Origin: Patescibacteria group bacterium
GTDB taxonomy: Bacteria > Patescibacteriota > Microgenomatia > UBA8517
Assembly (NCBI GenBank): GCA_025999275.1
Contig: AP024680.1
Span: forward strand, 318,393 to 382,392
Direction: 5' to 3'
DNA length: 64,000 bases
The translations under genes were made by a program, and so were the position numbers. Shown one piece after another: positions 46,967 through 56,105 of this stretch (position 1 is its first letter; each line of letters begins with the position of its first letter). The notes beneath the pieces were generated by a model. It was not told the DNA's origin. It was given only the letters and a program-made list of their open reading frames with translations, and searched no databases.

Positions 46967-47625
46967 ATTCTAAAGACTGGGATTATTACTGGTCTGGTGA
47001 AAGAAAGCGTATTTGGTATGATTTTTTAGCCTGGTTTTATAGAAAGTTTATAATTTCTCCTTCAGAGAGATTCTTTTTGAGAAAGCATTTTAAAAAAGGA
47101 TCAATTTTGTTGCATGCTGGTTGTGGTAGTGGTGAGACTGATAAATGGATAAATAATTTTTTTAAAATAGTTGCTGTTGACTTTTCCAAGAAAGCTCTAG
47201 AAAAGTATAAGAAAAACAATCCTTATGTTTACAAAATTATTCTTTCAGATATTGAAAAAATGCCGTTTAGAGAAAGTACTTTTGATGGTATTTACAATCT
47301 TGGAGTTTTTGAGCATTATTCCAAGCAAAATGTCTTAAAAATATTAAAAGAATTTCATCGTGTTTTGAAAAAGAACGGGAAAGTTGTTATTTTTTGGCCA
47401 CCAGAATTTGGTTTTAGTGTTTTTTTCTTCAAAGCTCTTTTCTTATTCCTAAAAACTTTTGTTCCTTATCAAAAAGTTAAACTTTATCCTGATGAGGTGA
47501 ATCGTCTAAAATCAAAAAAAGAGGCTGAATTTTATATGAGGAAATCTGGATTTAAACTTATAGATTATTATTTTGGAGTTTGTGATCTTTTTACTTATTG
47601 TGTTTTAGTTGGGCAGAAGGCCTAA
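46963..47625 (+). CDS. Class I SAM-dependent methyltransferase (type 11)
   Basis: LHAGCGSG, VDFS, MPF...FD, GVFEH, RVLK.NG; ATGA overlap with the GT2 stop. Confidence 0.85.
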   Translation: MNSKDWDYYWSGERKRIWYDFLAWFYRKFIISPSERFFLRKHFKKGSILLHAGCGSGETDKWINNFFKIVAVDFSKKALEKYKKNNPYVYKIILSDIEKMPFRESTFDGIYNLGVFEHYSKQNVLKILKEFHRVLKKNGKVVIFWPPEFGFSVFFFKALFLFLKTFVPYQKVKLYPDEVNRLKSKKEAEFYMRKSGFKLIDYYFGVCDLFTYCVLVGQKA

Positions 47626-48878
47626 TTTCTAGGATAGATCTCCATTTTTGGTAGAGGGAAGATAAATTTTCCTCCCTTTTTGATAAAATCTTTTTCCCTT
47701 TTTATAAATTCTTCTTTGAAATACCAAGGAAGTGCAAGAAAATAATCCGGCATTTCTTTTCTAGCTTCATCTTCAGAAATTATTGGAATATCTGTTCCAC
47801 TTATTGTTTTTCCCCACTTGAAAGGATTTTTGTCGGCGGCGGCTTTTATGAGTTTGTTGTTTAACTTTAGATAACTAATTATAGTATTTCCTCTGGTTGA
47901 AGCTCCGTAGATATATATTTTTTTGCCCTTTTTGGTTTCCTTTTTTAGGAAATCTTTAATTTTGTTTAGATTTTTGGAAGCTCTTTCTGCGAAACTTTTG
48001 TAAGTTTCTAGTTTTTCTAGATATTTTTCTTTTTTAATTATGCTTTCTATAAATTTCAGATGTTTACTACCTCCAACACTACTACCTCTTTTTCTTATCC
48101 ATGTTCTAAAACTTCCTCCATTTACATTGTTAAACTTGATGTCAAAAACCTCGAAACCATTTTTATCAAGTATAAAATTAAGTGATTTTAGAGAGTAATA
48201 TTCTAAATGTTCGTGAACAATGTTGTCTATTGCATTTTGTTCTAACATTTTTCCCAAGTAATTTTGTTGAATTATAAATATTCCGTTTTCATCTAGACAG
48301 TTATAAACATCTTTAAGGAATTTATTTGGGTCTGAAAGGTCGTAAAACATGGCTATTGCTGTAATGATTTTTGCTTTTTTGTTGGTCTTTTCTAAGAATT
48401 GTCTTTTATTGAAGAAATTATTTATCAAAAAGAATTTGTTTTTATTTAATCTGGTTAACTTTTCTTTTGCAATTTTGATGGTATTTGATGAAGGATCAAA
48501 CCCAAAAAGATTTATTCCCACATCTTTGTAAAACGATAGGAGCGTACCATCATTACAACCAATATCTATAACAGTGTCACCTTTTTCAAGTTTTATTATT
48601 TTTTCCGTCTCTTTCACTATTTCTTTAAGTTCCCTTTTCATTTGATTGTTAATGCCTGAGAGATATCCATAATTTTCATTCCACAATAATTTTGGATTTG
48701 TATTTTGTTTGAGCTGTAAAAGTTTGCATTTTTTACAGAATACAAGTTCAAGGGGGATTTTTATATCTCTTCTTTTACTTGAGAAATTAGGAACATTTAT
48801 TTTACCTAGCGAAATTATCTCCTCGAGTACTGGGTTGCCACAAGACCTACAAGATTTAATATTTTTGTAACACTCCAT
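47622..48878 (-). CDS. NDP-hexose C-methyltransferase-like protein (Zn-binding N-terminus)
   Basis: CRSCG...C..C.LLQL, DIGCNDGTLL, HEHLEYYS, YGASTRGNT, KWGK, PDY...PW.F. Start moved to ATG 48878, 6 nt after TATAAT. Confidence 0.88.
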   Translation of the reverse strand: MECYKNIKSCRSCGNPVLEEIISLGKINVPNFSSKRRDIKIPLELVFCKKCKLLQLKQNTNPKLLWNENYGYLSGINNQMKRELKEIVKETEKIIKLEKGDTVIDIGCNDGTLLSFYKDVGINLFGFDPSSNTIKIAKEKLTRLNKNKFFLINNFFNKRQFLEKTNKKAKIITAIAMFYDLSDPNKFLKDVYNCLDENGIFIIQQNYLGKMLEQNAIDNIVHEHLEYYSLKSLNFILDKNGFEVFDIKFNNVNGGSFRTWIRKRGSSVGGSKHLKFIESIIKKEKYLEKLETYKSFAERASKNLNKIKDFLKKETKKGKKIYIYGASTRGNTIISYLKLNNKLIKAAADKNPFKWGKTISGTDIPIISEDEARKEMPDYFLALPWYFKEEFIKREKDFIKKGGKFIFPLPKMEIYPRN

Positions 48879-49167
48879 TTGGTTATTATAGCGTGTACTT
48901 AATTTTATATAAATTAGAAGAAAATTGTTAACCAGATTCCAATATAAACCAGTGTTAAGAATTTTATCCAATTAGTGGTGGTTAAGGTCCATTTAGCCTT
49001 TAGCATTTATTTTTATTTGTTTATTGTATTTATTTGTCAGGTTTTATTATTTCTGGTGACAGGTCAAAAATCTTCTAAATATATGTATTTTGGGTAAACT
49101 ATTGATTGACTTTTAAATTTTTTACATGTAATAATAATTTAATTTTTGAATTTAAATTACTTGAATT

Positions 49168-49896
49168 ATGAATATGGAAGATAAACAATCATCATTGAGC
49201 CAAGATATGATTATTGCAGAAGAAAAATTGCAAAAATACAAATTAAGCAATTTTAGACTTTTAATAATTGTTATAATAACCTTCTTGTTGACGATACTGC
49301 TTTTAGGATTGAATGTTTACTTTTGGCAAAATTCAGCAAGTAAGGAAATGGTTAATAATCTGGATCAGAAAATTTCCTCTTTGGATGAAGAGGTTTCAGC
49401 TATAAAGAATATGATGGGTGTGTCGCAACAAGATTTGTCATTAGTTTCTTCTCCTATACCATTATCATCTAAAGATATTAATGTTGATTGGAAAACTTAT
49501 GAGAATGAAAAATATGGAATCAGATTCAAATACCCAAGTTCAATGGTGATAAAAAAATTAGTTACGAACCCTGATCAAGGAGTTCCTGTTCGCTTTTATC
49601 TTGACGATCGTTTGCAAATTATTATTAAAGACCCAAAGTTATCAGAAGAAGAAATTACTAGGAGTTGGGTTGATTTTGAAACTTTAGAGGTTAATGGTCT
49701 GAGGGTTTTGAAAGAGCAGTCTAAAGGTTCTGCTGAAGGAGGCAACCCACCATATCTAATAAGTGTGCAATACGCGGTAGATTTACCAAAAGCAAACTTA
49801 TTTATTATTTATATGGAGCCATCAGAGGGTGATTATAAACAATTTTCTGCGGTATTATATAAAATTATTTCCACCTTAGAATATATAGGGAGTTAG
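49168..49896 (+). CDS. Single-TM protein with PsbP-like extracellular domain
   Basis: N-terminal TM and WKTYENEKYGIRFKYP motif. Confidence 0.65.
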   Translation: MNMEDKQSSLSQDMIIAEEKLQKYKLSNFRLLIIVIITFLLTILLLGLNVYFWQNSASKEMVNNLDQKISSLDEEVSAIKNMMGVSQQDLSLVSSPIPLSSKDINVDWKTYENEKYGIRFKYPSSMVIKKLVTNPDQGVPVRFYLDDRLQIIIKDPKLSEEEITRSWVDFETLEVNGLRVLKEQSKGSAEGGNPPYLISVQYAVDLPKANLFIIYMEPSEGDYKQFSAVLYKIISTLEYIGS

Positions 49897-50089
49897 TTTT
49901 TTTATAGAAAATCAAAACCTCAAAGATAAATGAGATTTTTCTCAAAACATATCTTCAAATGTGTATAATTTATTTTTGCTTATAAAAAAAATAAAGAATC
50001 AAATACTAAATAAAATTTTCACTTAAGGCAAAAATATTTATGGACTTTTGGTCAGTTTATTGTAACTGGTAGATTATAAGATTGTTAAT

Positions 50090-51295
50090 TTACTCGTATC
50101 TTATTGCCTCAATTGGCGGTAGTTGAGCAGCCCTTCGGGCTGGGAAAACCCCAAAGAAAATACCAATTGCTGAGGAGACTGTTAATGTTACTACAACAGA
50201 CAAGAGGTTAATAGAAAGCGGAAAGAATGGTCGAACTAGTATTACGATAATGCTAGCCAGTATTAATCCAAGTACTCCCCCAAGAGCAGATAGAAGCACT
50301 GCTTCAACTAGGAACTGAACTAAGATGTCTTTTTCGGTGGCGCCAATTGCTCGTCTTATTCCTATTTCTTTTGTTCGCTCGGTAACTGAAGCGTACATTA
50401 TATTCATAATTCCAATACCACCAACAAGAAGAGAGATTGAGCCGATAGCTACAAGAACAGCATTAAGAATATTGAATATCTGGTTTATAGTGGAAAGTAT
50501 TTCTGCTTGTTCTGCTACTGAAAAGTCATCCTCTTTGTATCTTTTTAAGAGAGCTTCTTTTATTTTCTTTTTGGCTGTTTCTATATCTGTTTCTGATTCA
50601 ACACCGATATTGATTCCCCAAAATGTTTTGTCTGGGTTTATACTCCCGTAAGTTGATCTATAGGGAACAACAACTCCGGAATCTTGTTCATTGTTTCCGC
50701 TCTTTTCAATTACTCCTATTACCTCGAACCTTTGCTTTTCGAATCTGATAGTTTTGCCGACAGCGTTATCTGGATTTCCAAAGAGTTTCTCAGCGATTGT
50801 GTATCCAATTACGGCCACTTTTGCTTTTGATTGATTTTCCGATTGGGTAAATTGTCTTCCTCTTATAGTTTTTACATTTCTTAGTTTGAAAAACTCTTCG
50901 TTAACCCCTCTAATATATGCAAACTCTTTTTTGCCGTTTGCTTCAACTCTTGATGTTTTGAAAAAAACTGGAACAACATATTTTAATTCTGGAATTCTTT
51001 CCAACTCCTTAAGATCCTTTTCATCAAATTTGGTCCCGCCTATTAAACTTGCTCCAAAACCACCTCCAGGTCCGCCAAATCCGCTTCCTGGCAGAACTGT
51101 AATTAGGTTTGCTCCCAGGCTTTCAAACTGCTCTCTTATGTAGTTTTTTATTCCCAATCCGAGAGCAATAAGCATAACTACAGCCAAGACCCCAATTGTT
51201 ATTCCAAGGGATGTTAAAAAAGTTCTGACTTTGTTTCTTTTAAAGTCAGATAAAGCAGCTTGAATTAAGTCTTTGTATCCGTTTAACATATTCAT
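50090..51295 (-). CDS. MacB-like ABC transporter permease
   Basis: RTFLTSLGITIGV, SLLVGGIGIMNIM..SV.ERTKEIGIRRAIGA, PARRAA.L.PIEAIRYE. Confidence 0.93.
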   Translation of the reverse strand: MNMLNGYKDLIQAALSDFKRNKVRTFLTSLGITIGVLAVVMLIALGLGIKNYIREQFESLGANLITVLPGSGFGGPGGGFGASLIGGTKFDEKDLKELERIPELKYVVPVFFKTSRVEANGKKEFAYIRGVNEEFFKLRNVKTIRGRQFTQSENQSKAKVAVIGYTIAEKLFGNPDNAVGKTIRFEKQRFEVIGVIEKSGNNEQDSGVVVPYRSTYGSINPDKTFWGINIGVESETDIETAKKKIKEALLKRYKEDDFSVAEQAEILSTINQIFNILNAVLVAIGSISLLVGGIGIMNIMYASVTERTKEIGIRRAIGATEKDILVQFLVEAVLLSALGGVLGLILASIIVILVRPFFPLSINLLSVVVTLTVSSAIGIFFGVFPARRAAQLPPIEAIRYE

Positions 51296-51296
51296 A

Positions 51297-51974
51297 TTAA
51301 AGATATTTTTTGACAATCTTTCCGTCTTTGATAAATATTTTTCTTCTGGTTTTTTCAGCGACATCTTTTTCGTGGGTGACTATAATTATGGTTATTCCGA
51401 GGTCTTTGTTTAGCTCTGATAATAATTTGAGGATTTCCTCACCAGTTTTTGAGTCAAGGTTTCCTGTTGGTTCATCGGCAAGAATTAGTTTTGGTTTTAG
51501 TATCAATGCTCTTGCTATTGCTACTCTTTGTTGTTGGCCCCCTGAGATTTTATTTGGGAAGAAATCTTTTCTATTATAGATATTAAATCTTTTCATTAAA
51601 TCATCTGCTCTTTTTTCAACGTCAAAATCTATCTTTTCTTTTGAGTATTTGGCAGGAAGGAGTATGTTTTCTCGTACTGTGTAGCGGTTTATTAAATTAA
51701 AGGATTGGAAAACAAAGCCGATATACCTGTTTCTTAGTTTGGATAGCTCTTCATCTGAAAGCTTGGAAACATCCTTTCCGTCAAGAAAGATTTGCCCGTG
51801 AGTTGGTCTATCAAGAAGACCTATCAAATGCATTAAAGTTGATTTTCCTGAACCAGAAGATCCAAGAATGCTAGTGAATTCCCCTTCTTTTATTTCTAAG
51901 TTTACATCGCAAACTGCCTTGACCTCTTCTTCACCAAGCTGGTAATTCTTGCAAACATTGACAAGTTTAATCAT
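51297..51974 (-). CDS. ABC transporter ATP-binding protein (MacB/LolD-like)
   Basis: GSSGSGKST, IGFVFQSFNL, SGGQQQRVAIARAL, ADEPTGNLD. Confidence 0.93.
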   Translation of the reverse strand: MIKLVNVCKNYQLGEEEVKAVCDVNLEIKEGEFTSILGSSGSGKSTLMHLIGLLDRPTHGQIFLDGKDVSKLSDEELSKLRNRYIGFVFQSFNLINRYTVRENILLPAKYSKEKIDFDVEKRADDLMKRFNIYNRKDFFPNKISGGQQQRVAIARALILKPKLILADEPTGNLDSKTGEEILKLLSELNKDLGITIIIVTHEKDVAEKTRRKIFIKDGKIVKKYL

Positions 51975-53025
51975 ATAAAATATCACCCTCTTTTACGCCC
52001 TCTTCAATTTCTGTGTATTCATCTCCCTCTATGCCTGTTTTAATGTAGGTTTTGTTTTTTATTGATCCGAGGTTTACATATTTTCCTTTTCTATCAGCTT
52101 TAATAAATTGTGATGGAGCATAAAGGACATTTTCCTTGCTTTTTATGGAGAATCTAAGATCTCCGGTCATTCCAATCTTGATTTTTTCCAATATTTCTTG
52201 GGGAAGTTCAAGAGAAATTTTGACTTTATAATCCGTGCTATCAGCTCCAGTAGTAGGTGTTAAGCTTATGAATGTTATTTTTCCTTCAAATTCTTGATCT
52301 TGGAAAGCATCAAGTTTAACTTTAACTTTAGCATCTTTTTGAAGTTGAATCACTTCGTTTTGGTCTGCTGTTGCCTCAAAGTAAATAGTTTGAGGATTTA
52401 CTATTTCTATTTGCATTTGGGAGAAAGAAACATTTATTCCAGCAAAAGGGTTGGCAACAAAAGTAACAATTCCTGAAAATGGAGCAATAAGGGTTGAATT
52501 TTTAAGGTTGTATTCAGCTGCCTTTAGGGCGTCGTAGGCATTATCTTTTGCAACTTCACTTGCTGTTCTTGTGGCTTTTTGAGCAAAAGTCTCGCTTTTA
52601 TCTTTTCCTTGAAGGGAGTCGTAAGTTGCCTCAACATTTGCCTCATACATTCTGACATTATTTAAAGCCTGCTGGTAGGCAGCGTTAAGAGTGGTTTTGT
52701 CAAGAGAGGCCAAAGCCTGGCCTTTTCTGACATAATCGCCTTCTTTCACCCCAATCCAAGCCAATTTCCCTGAAGTTGGAAAAAAGAGTTGTGAGCCTTC
52801 TTCTGCTTTAATGCTTCCTGAAAGAACTAGATCTTCTGAAACAGTTCCTCTTTTAACTGTAAATTTTTCTGCTGTTTGTTCCTTTTTTCTGTTTTGTAAA
52901 TAGTTTGAGACCACAAAAAATCCGGCAACAGCAATTAAGATGATCAAAGTGAGTCTAAATATTTTTCTTGCCAATAATTTTTTGGTGCTTTTTATGATTT
53001 TTGCAATTTTGTTTTCCTTTTTCAT
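51967..53025 (-). CDS. MacA-like periplasmic adaptor (membrane fusion protein)
   Basis: N-terminal TM, V.EGD.V.KGQ.LA.LD, APFSGIV, GMTG. Confidence 0.9.
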   Translation of the reverse strand: MKKENKIAKIIKSTKKLLARKIFRLTLIILIAVAGFFVVSNYLQNRKKEQTAEKFTVKRGTVSEDLVLSGSIKAEEGSQLFFPTSGKLAWIGVKEGDYVRKGQALASLDKTTLNAAYQQALNNVRMYEANVEATYDSLQGKDKSETFAQKATRTASEVAKDNAYDALKAAEYNLKNSTLIAPFSGIVTFVANPFAGINVSFSQMQIEIVNPQTIYFEATADQNEVIQLQKDAKVKVKLDAFQDQEFEGKITFISLTPTTGADSTDYKVKISLELPQEILEKIKIGMTGDLRFSIKSKENVLYAPSQFIKADRKGKYVNLGSIKNKTYIKTGIEGDEYTEIEEGVKEGDILYD

Positions 53026-53061
53026 AACGCTGGTATTATATTCTTTTTTGAAGTAAAAATA

Positions 53062-53115
53062 AAGGAGCGGGTGTTGAATTAATAAGCATTGGTTTTATTA
53101 ACCAACACCCGCCTT
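53062..53115 (-). terminator. Long-stem intrinsic terminator
   Basis: GCGGGTGTTG (53067-76)/CAACACCCGC (53103-12) with an inner AT stem and a U-rich tail on the - strand. Confidence 0.75.
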
Positions 53116-53120
53116 GGTGC

Positions 53121-53501
53121 TTAATAGGTCTTGGTTATACCTGTTAGATACAATATCTCTTCATAAAAAGCAAATTTTGTCGCTTTCAAAAGCTTTTCTC
53201 CTCTTCCCCCATCCCACCTGGCTAGGCCAAGCCTTATTAGTATTTTGCTTGGACAGCCATCGGCTGGTCTTTCCCACCCAATTCCGTTGCAGCTATTTCT
53301 TAATTTATTCAGGAGTTCTCTCTCATCTTCTCCGATTAGTCTATTAATGATTTCTTTTAGTTTTCCTTCTGCCTCGATGGATAAATAATCCCCATCTACT
53401 TGGCCAATTACGCGATCAATATTTGGTGATAATGAGGGGTCCATTGCACACAACCATTCATTGATTGACCACTTACTTATTAGCCTTTGTCTTGTGATCA
53501 T
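53121..53501 (-). CDS. Hypothetical orphan protein
   Basis: 126-aa ORF with AAGGAG SD, its own promoter and terminator. Confidence 0.7.
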   Translation of the reverse strand: MITRQRLISKWSINEWLCAMDPSLSPNIDRVIGQVDGDYLSIEAEGKLKEIINRLIGEDERELLNKLRNSCNGIGWERPADGCPSKILIRLGLARWDGGRGEKLLKATKFAFYEEILYLTGITKTY

Positions 53502-53524
53502 TTTATTCTCCTTCAGGAAAAAAG

Positions 53525-53577
53525 ATTTGAATGTGCGAACAGGGCTTTATTTTATACATTTTTGAATCTAAATTCAA
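53525..53577 (-). promoter_or_regulatory. Sigma70 promoter plus weak boxA-like element
   Basis: TTGAAT(53577-72)-17 nt-TAAAAT(53554-49); GCACATTCAAAT at 53536-53525. Confidence 0.5.
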
Positions 53578-53618
53578 TAGTTGTTGATTTGATAATTTCT
53601 TTGAGATAGATTAAGGGT

Positions 53619-54293
53619 ATGTTTTTAATTATCAACAAGCCTGTTGGTGTTACTTCTCATGATGTTGTTGATAGAATCAGAAAGATTACTGGGGAGAAAA
53701 GAGTTGGGCATTCAGGAACCCTTGATCCTTTTGCAAGTGGCCTTTTGATTTTGGCTGTTGGTAGAGTTTCAACTAAAAAAATTTCTAAATTTGTTGGTCT
53801 TGATAAAGAGTATGAGGCTGAAATTACCTTGGGTGAGGAAAGAACGACAGACGATCTAACAGGGGATTTAAGAAAAGATGGGATTGTCTCCTCGCGTGTT
53901 CCTTCTGAGCAGGAAATTATTAGTGTTCTTAAAAGTTTTGTTGGCAAAATTAAACAGGTTCCGCCTTATTTTTCAGCTATTAAAAAAGAAGGTAAGAAGT
54001 TTTATGAATTAGCGCGAAAAGGCCAATTCATATCTCCCGAAGCAAGAGATGTGGTGATTTATTCAATTAAACTGCTTGATTATCAATATCCGAAGCTAAA
54101 GATTGTTTGCAAAGTTTCATCAGGCACTTATATTAGAGCTCTGGCTCGTGATATTGGGAGGAAATTAAAAACAGGAGCTTATCTTTCTTCTCTTAAAAGA
54201 ATTTCTATTGGCAATTTCAAAATAGATAATGCTGTCGATTTGGAAAAAATTAACTCTGAGAATTGGCGTAGTTTTGTGAAAGAGAATTTGTGA
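53619..54293 (+). CDS. truB: tRNA pseudouridine(55) synthase
   Basis: KP.G.TSHDVV, GHSGTLDPFASGLL, Q.PP.FSAIK..G, SSGTYIRALARD. Confidence 0.96.
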   Translation: MFLIINKPVGVTSHDVVDRIRKITGEKRVGHSGTLDPFASGLLILAVGRVSTKKISKFVGLDKEYEAEITLGEERTTDDLTGDLRKDGIVSSRVPSEQEIISVLKSFVGKIKQVPPYFSAIKKEGKKFYELARKGQFISPEARDVVIYSIKLLDYQYPKLKIVCKVSSGTYIRALARDIGRKLKTGAYLSSLKRISIGNFKIDNAVDLEKINSENWRSFVKENL

Positions 54294-54305
54294 TAGACTA
54301 AAATT

Positions 54306-55043
54306 ATGAATTTTCTAAACAGTCTGTTTCTAGGAATTGTCCAGGGCTTTACTGAATTTTTACCCGTTTCCTCATCGGCCCATCTTGCCTTGATTCAGTC
54401 ACTCTTGCCGTCGTTTTCTCAGCCTGGAGTTTTGTTTGATGTTGTTCTTCATTTGGGCACTCTTTTGGCGGTCCTTTTTTATTTTAGGAAAGAGTTGTTT
54501 GGCCTTTCTTTTTATTATTTGAAATATATTGTTATTGGCACAATTCCGGTGGTCTTAGTGGGCTTTTTGTTTTCTGATTTTTTGGAGTCGCTTTTTGGCA
54601 ATATTAAACTGGTGGGATTGGCCTTATTTTTAACGGCTGCTTTTAATTTTTTAAGTGATAAATTGAACAAGACTGATGGTGAGATTGATGAAAAGAAATC
54701 TTTTTTGATTGGTGTTTTTCAGGCGCTGGCAATAACGCCGGGTATTTCTCGTTCTGGTTCAACTATTTTTGGAGCAATTTTTTCTGGAGTTGAGAAGAAG
54801 AAGGCGGCAACCTTTTCCTTCTTGCTTTCTGTTCCTGCTATTCTTGGGGCTTTAATTCTGCAAGTTTATAAATATGGAACTAGTATAGAGTCTCATTACT
54901 ATTTTTATTTTTTAGGTTTTTTGGCTAGTTTTATTTCCGGTTTATTAGCCATAAAACTGGCTTTTAAATTTTTACTCTCTAACAATTTCAAACTTTTTGG
55001 CTTTTACTGCCTTTTTTTGGGAATTATTTGCTTATTGATTTAA
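54306..55043 (+). CDS. uppP: Undecaprenyl-diphosphatase
   Basis: GIVQGFTEFLPVSSSAHL, PGISRSGSTI, FSFLLSVPA. Confidence 0.95.
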   Translation: MNFLNSLFLGIVQGFTEFLPVSSSAHLALIQSLLPSFSQPGVLFDVVLHLGTLLAVLFYFRKELFGLSFYYLKYIVIGTIPVVLVGFLFSDFLESLFGNIKLVGLALFLTAAFNFLSDKLNKTDGEIDEKKSFLIGVFQALAITPGISRSGSTIFGAIFSGVEKKKAATFSFLLSVPAILGALILQVYKYGTSIESHYYFYFLGFLASFISGLLAIKLAFKFLLSNNFKLFGFYCLFLGIICLLI

Positions 55044-55405
55044 AGAAGAAGCTTTATTTTTGGCAAGAATAGTAAACCTCCAACTAATAGAGAAAACAAA
55101 GCTGAAACTAAAACTGCTGCTGCGGAGACATCTTTTGCCTTCTTTGCTGCTGATTTTATTTCAGGACTAACCAAATCAACCAGAGCCTCAAGCATAGTAT
55201 TTATTAATTCGAGAGTAATTACAAGGCCAATAGTTAAAAGCAGTATGGCAAATTCAGATGTTGACAGTTTTAATAATAGTCCTGTGAGAATTGCTGCGAT
55301 GCCAAAAATAAAATGAATTCTTAGATTGGGTTCATCTTTTATTGCTTTGTTTAGCCCTTCAAAGGCATAGTAAAAACTCTTGGGTGTTGAGTGGGTTTTG
55401 CTCAT
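55040..55405 (-). CDS. dgkA: Diacylglycerol/undecaprenol kinase
   Basis: SF.YAF.GL...E.N.RIH, ELINT..E..VD, AKDVSAAAVL. Confidence 0.9.
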   Translation of the reverse strand: MSKTHSTPKSFYYAFEGLNKAIKDEPNLRIHFIFGIAAILTGLLLKLSTSEFAILLLTIGLVITLELINTMLEALVDLVSPEIKSAAKKAKDVSAAAVLVSALFSLLVGGLLFLPKIKLLL

Positions 55406-55433
55406 ACTTTTAAAATGTTATCATTAATAAGTT

Positions 55434-56105
55434 ATGAATTCAAAGAGGTTTTTGCTTTTCTTTTTACCTTTGGTTTTTCTCTTTCTTGCAGCATTTGCTG
55501 TCTGGCAGAATAAAAAGCTTTTGTATCAATTTGGTTGTTGCAAACAGATAAATTATTCAGGCCAGCTTGATTTAGCATCAAGAAGAGGTGTTTTTGATGG
55601 CAAAGAAGTATCTGTGCCTGATGAGGTGTTTAAAGAAGATAAGTATTATGCTCAGGTTTTGGGAGCAACAAGTGGAGAAAAAAGAATTGAGGTAAGCATT
55701 AATGAACAAAAATTAAGAGCTTGGGAGGGTGATAAACTCTTTTTAGAAACACCTGTTTCTACAGGTCTTCGCTTTTGGCCAACACCTAAAGGTGAGTTTA
55801 GAATCTGGATTAAATTAAGAGCAACAAAGATGGAGGGGGGAGTGGGAAAATATTATTACAATCTTCCCAATGTTCCCTATGTAATGTTCTTTGAGAATGA
55901 TGAAATTCCTGGATGGCGAGGTTATGGCATCCACGGAGCTTATTGGCATAATGACTTTGGTACTCCCAGAAGTCATGGCTGTGTAAATTTGCCAGTTGAT
56001 GTAGCAAGACAGCTTTATTATTGGGCAGACCCTGTTTTGCCGGAAGGTAAGACTTCTGTTATAACTACAACTGAAAATCAGGGAACGAAAATAATTATAT
56101 ATTGA
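55434..56105 (+). CDS. L,D-transpeptidase (YkuD) family protein
   Basis: VSTG...PTP.G.F, YGIHGAYWH..FG...SHGCVN. Confidence 0.92.
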   Translation: MNSKRFLLFFLPLVFLFLAAFAVWQNKKLLYQFGCCKQINYSGQLDLASRRGVFDGKEVSVPDEVFKEDKYYAQVLGATSGEKRIEVSINEQKLRAWEGDKLFLETPVSTGLRFWPTPKGEFRIWIKLRATKMEGGVGKYYYNLPNVPYVMFFENDEIPGWRGYGIHGAYWHNDFGTPRSHGCVNLPVDVARQLYYWADPVLPEGKTSVITTTENQGTKIIIY

